Part shown: positions 58,368 to 64,000 of the stretch, in pieces | Numbering within the stretch: position 1 is the first letter of the stretch | How the letters are laid out: every line of letters starts with the position of its first letter | Source of the DNA: an uncultured Thermoplasmata archaeon | Lineage (GTDB): Archaea > Thermoplasmatota > Thermoplasmata > Halarchaeoplasmatales > Halarchaeoplasmataceae | Length of the DNA: 64,000 nucleotides | Reading direction: 5' to 3' | Assembly: GCA_964433785.1 (NCBI GenBank) | Contig: CAYSTL010000001.1 | Span: forward strand, 28,324 to 92,323 | Notes under the pieces: model-generated | What the model saw: the letters and a program-made list of their open reading frames with translations, nothing else | Database searches by the model: none | Told to the model about the DNA's origin: nothing | Translations under genes and position numbers: made by a program

Positions 58368-59282
58368 GTGTCAGATCTTCAAAAATTTGTATTCTTCGCT
58401 GGCAAGGGAGGAGTAGGTAAAACAACATGCAGTTCGATCTATGCATTGAAAACTTCAAATGAAGGTTTAAAAACGTTATTGGTCAGCACTGACCCAGCTC
58501 ACTCTACCGATAAGATCTTAGAGATGGAATTAGGAGAGAAACCTAAGAAAGTGAAAGAGAACTTATGGGCTAAACAGATAGATGCTAAAAAAGAAGCAGA
58601 AAGACATAGAGAGAAGATCAAAGATGAGATGGAAAAGGTAGTGGGTCCTGACATGGTAAACAAGCTGAAAGGATACCTTAAGATGACTCATAATTCACCT
58701 GGAGTTAAAGAATCTGCTTTGCTCGATGCTTTGATAAAAACGATGAAAAATTCAAAAAAATTTGATAAGGTGATATTCGATACTGCTCCGACTGGAGAGA
58801 CCATGAGATTATTACAATTACCTGAACTCTTAAGTGCCTGGTCCGAGCAATTGGTTGAAAGAAGGAGAAAGAACCTAGAGAAGCTCGGTAAAGTCGGAGG
58901 TAAAAATAAGATCGATCTAGAAGATGATCCATTGGTCCAAAGACTCAACAGCAGAGAAAAGAAATTAAAATTTGGAAAGAAGATGTTGTTGAATCGTTCT
59001 TCAGTGGTACCCGTGATAACCCCAGAAAAACTATCTTTGCTTGAAACAATGGATTCTATTGAATTCTTACAGAAGATGGGCGTACATATTCCAGGCATCG
59101 TCTTGAATCGTGTTTCTGAAGAAGGGACGTCAGGAAAAAGGAAAGATTACGAAGAAAAAGTACTGAAAGAGATCAATCAGAAAGTGGACAAAGAGATATT
59201 GGGCAAAATACCATTGATGGAAGAAGAGATCATAGGTGTGGATCAACTTAGTAAGCAGATTGATAATCTAAAAGTGATATAG
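58368..59282 (+). CDS. ArsA/Get3-family P-loop ATPase (single domain)
   Basis: 304 aa. FAGKGGVGKTT deviant Walker A, STDPAHS, DTAPTGETMRLLQLP (the canonical His of DTAPTGHT is Glu here). No CxxC dimer motif. Confidence 0.8.
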   Translation: MSDLQKFVFFAGKGGVGKTTCSSIYALKTSNEGLKTLLVSTDPAHSTDKILEMELGEKPKKVKENLWAKQIDAKKEAERHREKIKDEMEKVVGPDMVNKLKGYLKMTHNSPGVKESALLDALIKTMKNSKKFDKVIFDTAPTGETMRLLQLPELLSAWSEQLVERRRKNLEKLGKVGGKNKIDLEDDPLVQRLNSREKKLKFGKKMLLNRSSVVPVITPEKLSLLETMDSIEFLQKMGVHIPGIVLNRVSEEGTSGKRKDYEEKVLKEINQKVDKEILGKIPLMEEEIIGVDQLSKQIDNLKVI

Positions 59283-59365
59283 ATCTAATTTCAAAAAAAG
59301 AACTATTAAATATCTCATCCATCATAACTAGCTTAGAAGAAATTTTAGAAAGGGGAGAAGATAAA

Positions 59366-60652
59366 ATGTTAGATTTTTTGAAAGAACCTTCGGAAACTCC
59401 TGCGATAGGAGAAGCGATGACTAGAGTTTCAAAGCGTAAAGAAAAAGGTTTACCCGTATACAATTTTGCAAGTGGGAACGTAGGTCAGATGCCTGCTAAC
59501 ATCGAATTTATGGATATTCAGATGAGTTCAGGTGGAGATTTACCTGAAGAACTAAAGAACTTATCTAAAGCAATCCAGAAAGGTATAAAGAACGCATTTG
59601 AAAAACCCAAAGGACTTTCTTATTCTTCTACAGGTGGAGTCGATGACCAAAAACGATTGGCTTTAAAATATTTTGAAGAATTCCATGATATTGACCATGG
59701 AGATATAAAAAGAGTTATCGTGACTCCAGGTGGCCAAAGAGCGTTGGCATCCTCTCTAAGGTCCATAAAAGAAGGTACGGACATATTCATGTCTCAATGG
59801 GAGTACGCACCATCTCTTCCGATAATAAAAGATAACAATTGTAATCCGATCAAGATCGATGTCGATGATAAATTAAAATTAGATATTAATCAGTTGAGAG
59901 AAAAAGTAACTGAAGGTTCGGTATTCTATACAAGCATGCCCAACAATCCTTCCGGATACGTCTCTCCAGAGTTGTTTAGAGAGATCGTAGAGATAATGGT
60001 CGAGAACGATGGAGGAGTTATATGGGATGCACCGTACATCTTTACCACATTGAAATTTGAGGATGGTAGATTCACATTTGATGATGATTTTCTAGGAGAT
60101 CAACTTGAGCAATTCAATTCGACATTATCTGAATATTCTGAACATATCTGCCTTCTTTCAAGCATCTCGAAGACATGTTTGGTGGCGGGTCTTCGTTTCG
60201 GCTTCGCAACTGGACCGAAAAAATGGATAGACAACATGAACAATATTATAGGTAGAGAAGAGCTAAGCAGTCCAACCGCTTCATTCATGATCGGTCAGGA
60301 AGTTCTCTCTGATTTCCTCGAAAATAAAGAAACGTACAAATGGTTAGATAAGATCTTAGCAGATAGATTGAACGTTCTGATGGAAAATGATCTACCAGTT
60401 ATTTTACCAGATAACGGTAAGTTCGGAAGTCTATACGCTCTGATCAGAACTGGAAATATGGATGGGAGCAGATTCATAGAAGAAGCCTATGAAAAGTATG
60501 GTGTAGTTCCTATACCTGGTGAAGCTTTCTATGGAAAACCAGTTAATGCGATAAGGATCTCTTTGGTATCTACTCCTTGGAGTGAAGGAGACAAAGGATG
60601 GAAAGAGAACGTGGAAAATCTGAAAAAGGCCCTATCCGATATCACTGATTAG
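59366..60652 (+). CDS. class I/II PLP-dependent aminotransferase
   Basis: 428 aa. NNPSGY and SSISKTCLVAGLRFG (PLP Lys) motifs. Confidence 0.8.
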   Translation: MLDFLKEPSETPAIGEAMTRVSKRKEKGLPVYNFASGNVGQMPANIEFMDIQMSSGGDLPEELKNLSKAIQKGIKNAFEKPKGLSYSSTGGVDDQKRLALKYFEEFHDIDHGDIKRVIVTPGGQRALASSLRSIKEGTDIFMSQWEYAPSLPIIKDNNCNPIKIDVDDKLKLDINQLREKVTEGSVFYTSMPNNPSGYVSPELFREIVEIMVENDGGVIWDAPYIFTTLKFEDGRFTFDDDFLGDQLEQFNSTLSEYSEHICLLSSISKTCLVAGLRFGFATGPKKWIDNMNNIIGREELSSPTASFMIGQEVLSDFLENKETYKWLDKILADRLNVLMENDLPVILPDNGKFGSLYALIRTGNMDGSRFIEEAYEKYGVVPIPGEAFYGKPVNAIRISLVSTPWSEGDKGWKENVENLKKALSDITD

Positions 60653-60715
60653 GTGGATAGTAAAACACTCTTTCCTACCGCAATATTTTTACATAAAACC
60701 ATACTTTATCCATCT

Positions 60716-61393
60716 ATGACCCGAAAATTAAAGGAATATCTACCAGACAGAGAAAATATGGATATCGGTGATTCAGTGTTTCTAGACCCAACAGTAAGAA
60801 TGATTGGTGACGTTACAATTAGAGAAAAGGCTAATATTCTGACAGGTTCGATTATCGAAGCGGACAAATCAGGTATTGAGATAGGTGAAGAATCAGTTAT
60901 AATGGACGGAACTTCTATTAAATCCACAGAGAGACATGAATTATCTATAGGCGACCAATCATTGATAGGTTCTGGTGCTAGATTAGAGGGATGTAAGATA
61001 GGTGAAAACAGTTTGGTAGGTATCGATGCAGTCGTTATGGAAGGGGCTGAGATCGGCGATAATTCCATAGTAGGTACTAACGCTATAGTAAAAGAAGGCA
61101 CAAAAGTTCCTGATAACACTTTAGTGATGGGTCAACCCGCTGAAGAGATAAGAGAAGTTTCAGATGAAGAGCTCGATCAGATAAAGGATATCAGATCTCA
61201 TGTTAACTGGAAATCAGAAGAATACAAGACCATGATAGAGAGAGGGGAAGAGTTCGATGCCTTCGAATCTCCTAAACGACCTGATGAGATAATGGATGAT
61301 GAAATAAATCTGGATGATATCGAAGAAAGAGACGATATCGACGAACTCAGAAAAGAATTAGAAGATATGTTAGAAAACAAAGTGAATGAATAA
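60716..61393 (+). CDS. gamma-carbonic-anhydrase-like left-handed beta-helix (hexapeptide repeat) protein with acidic C-terminal extension
   Basis: Start taken at MTRKLKEY. Hexapeptide repeats (IGENSLVGIDAVVMEGAEIGDNSIVGTNAIV). The usual metal-binding His positions appear substituted. Confidence 0.75.
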   Translation: MTRKLKEYLPDRENMDIGDSVFLDPTVRMIGDVTIREKANILTGSIIEADKSGIEIGEESVIMDGTSIKSTERHELSIGDQSLIGSGARLEGCKIGENSLVGIDAVVMEGAEIGDNSIVGTNAIVKEGTKVPDNTLVMGQPAEEIREVSDEELDQIKDIRSHVNWKSEEYKTMIERGEEFDAFESPKRPDEIMDDEINLDDIEERDDIDELRKELEDMLENKVNE

Positions 61394-61399
61394 GAAGAA

Positions 61400-61477
61400 T
61401 GGTGGGGCCACCGAAATTTGAATTCGGGTGTCGGACTCCCAAAGCCCGAAGGATCGACCAAGCTACCCCATGGCCCC
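61400..61477 (-). tRNA. tRNA-Pro (anticodon UGG) with genomically encoded CCA
   Basis: The reverse complement reads GGGGCCA...CGGGC-TTTGGGA-GTCCG...CCGAA-TTCAAAT-TTCGG-TGGCCCC-A-CCA. Confidence 0.9.
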
Positions 61478-61620
61478 GCGTGTGATATCTATCCACAAAA
61501 AGTTGTAGAATATATATTTTCTGCTCTAAATTGGATGTTTTTTTTATTTTGTTATTGATTACTCATTGTTTTAGAGAAAATCTTTATTATCACTTCTATA
61601 TTGACTAAAACGGAGATAAC

Positions 61621-62448
61621 TTGAGAAGAGAAGACATAAATGTGGCGGTTCTAAGGATCGAGGGTACAAACTGTGAAGAGGAATCACATCTTGCATTCTC
61701 TAGACTCGGTGCCAATGCTGAAAAAGTCCATATAAAACAGATTTTAGGACAGGATGTTACCAAAGAAGAAGAGAGAGATCTGGAAGATTATCATATCCTG
61801 ATGATACCAGGTGGTTTTTCAGCAGGCGATTACATCAGAGCAGGTGCTATCTTCGGAGCTAGGCTTAAAAGTGCCATCGGAGAGGAGTTGAAAGAATTCG
61901 TCGAATCTGGTAAACCTGTGCTGGGAGTCTGCAACGGTTTCCAGGTATTGGTGGAACTGGGTCTTTTACCAGCCATCGATGAAGTGATGAGTGATGTTCC
62001 TAAGGCTGCACTGGAGACGAATGACAGTAATAAGTTCGAATGTAGACCTTCTCTACTCAAGATCGAGAATAATTCTTCATGCGTCTTTACAAAAGAGTAT
62101 GAAGAAGATGAAGTTGTTCTGTTCCCATCAGCTCATGCAGAAGGAAAGTTCGTTTTGAACGAAGATAGTGACCTTGATAGATTAAAAGAAAATGATCAGA
62201 TAGTCTTCAGATATACTTCTCCTGAAGGAGAAGAAGTAGAGTACCCATGGAATCCGAACGGTTCTATCGACGATATCGCTGGTATCTGTAATCCAAAGGG
62301 TAATGTCCTAGGACTTATGCCTCATCCAGAAAGAGTCTTTTTCAACCATACTAATCCTGATTGGACCAGAAATGGATTGGAAAACAGTAGAGGTGACGGT
62401 AAGCTGATCTTTGAAAGTGCTTTAAAATATGTGGAAGAGAACTTTTAA
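61621..62448 (+). CDS. purQ: phosphoribosylformylglycinamidine synthase subunit PurQ (glutaminase)
   Basis: 275 aa, TTG start after a GGAG RBS. GVCNGFQ nucleophile elbow and MPHPER. Confidence 0.9.
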   Translation: MRREDINVAVLRIEGTNCEEESHLAFSRLGANAEKVHIKQILGQDVTKEEERDLEDYHILMIPGGFSAGDYIRAGAIFGARLKSAIGEELKEFVESGKPVLGVCNGFQVLVELGLLPAIDEVMSDVPKAALETNDSNKFECRPSLLKIENNSSCVFTKEYEEDEVVLFPSAHAEGKFVLNEDSDLDRLKENDQIVFRYTSPEGEEVEYPWNPNGSIDDIAGICNPKGNVLGLMPHPERVFFNHTNPDWTRNGLENSRGDGKLIFESALKYVEENF

Positions 62449-62449
62449 T

Positions 62450-63109
62450 TCACATCTTCACGTATTTGTTTAATTTATGGATATTCTCTATCTTTCCGAT
62501 AACTATCAATTTATAATTTGGTCTTATAACTCTCTCACTGCTAGGATTGGGTATGAACTTGTCTCCTTTTCTGATACCTATCACGGTAGAACCGGTCCTC
62601 TCTCGGATTTTAGAATTTTTCAATTTCCTCCCGATTAAGTTGGAATCTGAAGGTACCTCGATATGAGTTATCTCGATATCTTGAGCTAGAGTTATCTTAT
62701 CCAGGAATTCAGCAATATACGGATCTAAAGCGTATTTAACGATGTACTTACCACCGATCACTGTTTCTGGAACTACATAATCCGCACCAGCCCTGTACAG
62801 CTTCCCTATATTTTCTCTTCTATCTGCGATGCTCATGATCTCTAGGTCTGAGTTTATCCCTTTAGCTTCAAGTATTATGAAGGCATTAGTTACATCACTT
62901 TCAGTAGCAGCGATCAATTTATCAGCATCCATTATCCCTGCACTGATCAATGTTCGTTTCTCTGTAGGATCTCCGGTTACAGTTGGAGCTGGTGTTGTAG
63001 ATAACAGATCTTCATCCTCATCTATGATGGTAGTCCTGCACTGAGATTCAGCCAGTCTTTTCAATATACTCTGACCTACGCTTCCAAAACCACACAATAT
63101 CACATTCAT
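62450..63109 (-). CDS. soluble RCK/TrkA-like K+ transport regulatory protein (TrkA-N plus TrkA-C)
   Basis: 219 aa. Rossmann VILCGFGSVGQS. C-terminal TrkA-C-like domain. 4-bp overlap with the upstream channel gene. Confidence 0.8.
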   Translation of the reverse strand: MNVILCGFGSVGQSILKRLAESQCRTTIIDEDEDLLSTTPAPTVTGDPTEKRTLISAGIMDADKLIAATESDVTNAFIILEAKGINSDLEIMSIADRRENIGKLYRAGADYVVPETVIGGKYIVKYALDPYIAEFLDKITLAQDIEITHIEVPSDSNLIGRKLKNSKIRERTGSTVIGIRKGDKFIPNPSSERVIRPNYKLIVIGKIENIHKLNKYVKM

Positions 63110-64000
63110 CCTACCAGCTCCTTGAATCTTTTCAGATCTTCACTTTCTCCTAGTGCAAGTATTATATCCCCTGGTTTCATCCTTCTAGATGGAGATATAC
63201 CTACATCCAGTTCTCCTTTCTTCCATATACCAACAATTGCTACTCCTGTCCTTGAACCGATATCCGCTTTCCTGATGGTCTTGTTAGCTAGTTCAGAATC
63301 TTTTTTCATCTTGACTTGCTCGACTTTTAATCCAGTCAATATCTCCTCGTCCTCTTTTTCAATTCCAACTATGGATTCATTTATAGCCTTTCCACCGATC
63401 ATAGCGCCGGTTATCGATTTTGGTGAAACGATGTGGTTGGCCCCTGCTCTATGTAAGATGGCATCATGGTGTGATTCCTTCACACTACTAACTATCCTGA
63501 TCTTAGGATTTACCTTCTTGGCTGTCAGACAGATGAAAGCATTCGTTGCATCGTCTGACACTGCTATCAGTGATAAGGCGGAATTTATATTGGCCTTTTT
63601 CAAAGTCTTAGTTTTTGTCGGATCACCTTTGATATACGGGATCTTCTTTTTGTGAAGCTTTTTACTTTCATCACCAGAGTCGGTGATAACTACAAATTCA
63701 ACATTATGGGATTTTAGATTTCTGATGACTTCCTTACCAATCTCAGAATAGCCACAGACGATGACATGATTTTCTTCAGGTAATGGTTTACTCTTCGTTT
63801 TAAGTGCTTTTTTCATCGTCTCTTCTATCCATGGACCTATGGCTATCTGGAGACCTATGAATAGTGTGAGTACGCCAGAAAGGACCATAAGCACCGTCAG
63901 GATCTTTCCATTTACACTAGTGAATCCAACGTTACCAGGATAAGCACCAAGTGTAGTTAAAGTAACTAAGGTCCAATAAAACGCATCTACAAAAGTTGGA
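63106..64000 (-). CDS. K+-channel-like pore fused to RCK domains (MthK-like), 5' end beyond the window
   Basis: The reading frame stays open to nt 63999. Pore helix and filter read FVDAFYWTLVTLTTLGAYPGN, then an inner helix, a Rossmann segment VIVCGYSEIGKE and a TrkA-C domain. The track start at 63894 is an internal GTG. Confidence 0.75.
   Translation of the reverse strand, partial: PTFVDAFYWTLVTLTTLGAYPGNVGFTSVNGKILTVLMVLSGVLTLFIGLQIAIGPWIEETMKKALKTKSKPLPEENHVIVCGYSEIGKEVIRNLKSHNVEFVVITDSGDESKKLHKKKIPYIKGDPTKTKTLKKANINSALSLIAVSDDATNAFICLTAKKVNPKIRIVSSVKESHHDAILHRAGANHIVSPKSITGAMIGGKAINESIVGIEKEDEEILTGLKVEQVKMKKDSELANKTIRKADIGSRTGVAIVGIWKKGELDVGISPSRRMKPGDIILALGESEDLKRFKELVG

Noticed and set aside
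61198-61461. 87-aa minus-strand ORF
   Set aside because: It overlaps tRNA-Pro and the antisense of the acidic tail of the hexapeptide-repeat gene, and its composition is Ser-rich and low-complexity.
63122-63655. 177-aa plus-strand ORF, with similar ORFs at 46192-46716, 55547-56029 and 60706-61119
   Set aside because: Each lies fully antisense within a well-supported gene (RCK channel, hutI, cstA, hexapeptide protein) and has low-complexity Ser/Ile/Pro composition.
1-64000. Search for CRISPR arrays, cas genes, integrases, transposases, IS elements, proviruses or known multi-gene defence islands
   Set aside because: None was recognised. The only repeat structures are the tRNA-associated ones reported above, and the only defence-like genes are a VapBC-type pair and a DUF433 gene.

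Overview
The window is a gene-dense archaeal chromosome segment. Archaeal markers include aIF2-gamma, S6e, GatD/GatE, Dph2, A-type ATPase subunit D, NurA-HerA-Mre11-Rad50, archaeosortase A and an archaeal-type SRP RNA. By eye the DNA is AT-rich and many proteins are strongly acidic, which suggests a salt-in halophilic euryarchaeon. MfnA hints at a methanogen-related lineage, but taxonomy cannot be settled from this window. Most genes are housekeeping or metabolic: translation, LarBCE cofactor synthesis, PckA, ApgM, HutI, PurQ, CstA, CorA, an MFS transporter and RCK/K+ channel proteins. RNA genes stand out as GC-rich islands: a 5S rRNA, an SRP RNA, and tRNA-Arg(GCG), tRNA-Gly(GCC) and tRNA-Pro(UGG). 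I saw no CRISPR array, integrase, transposase or recognisable multi-gene defence island, and I could not demonstrate a new multi-gene system. The most unusual signals are RNA-level or architectural. (1) The 5S rRNA gene appears to carry about 100 extra structured nucleotides before its helix-I closing strand, giving a unit of about 234 nt. (2) A 3-unit tandem array of about 45 bp duplicates the promoter, leader and first 10 nt of tRNA-Gly. (3) Partial tRNA-Arg 3' copies sit just downstream of that tRNA and look like att-site scars. (4) An effector-less STAND ATPase-TPR protein is encoded divergently from nurA. (5) An ArsA/Get3-like ATPase is tightly coupled to an unknown 88-aa protein. (6) A K+ channel-RCK gene has a non-canonical TLGAYPG filter. 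(7) A Walker-A-less RecA-like protein is paired with a diglycine ubiquitin-like protein. All function calls rest on motif recognition by eye; no searches were run.
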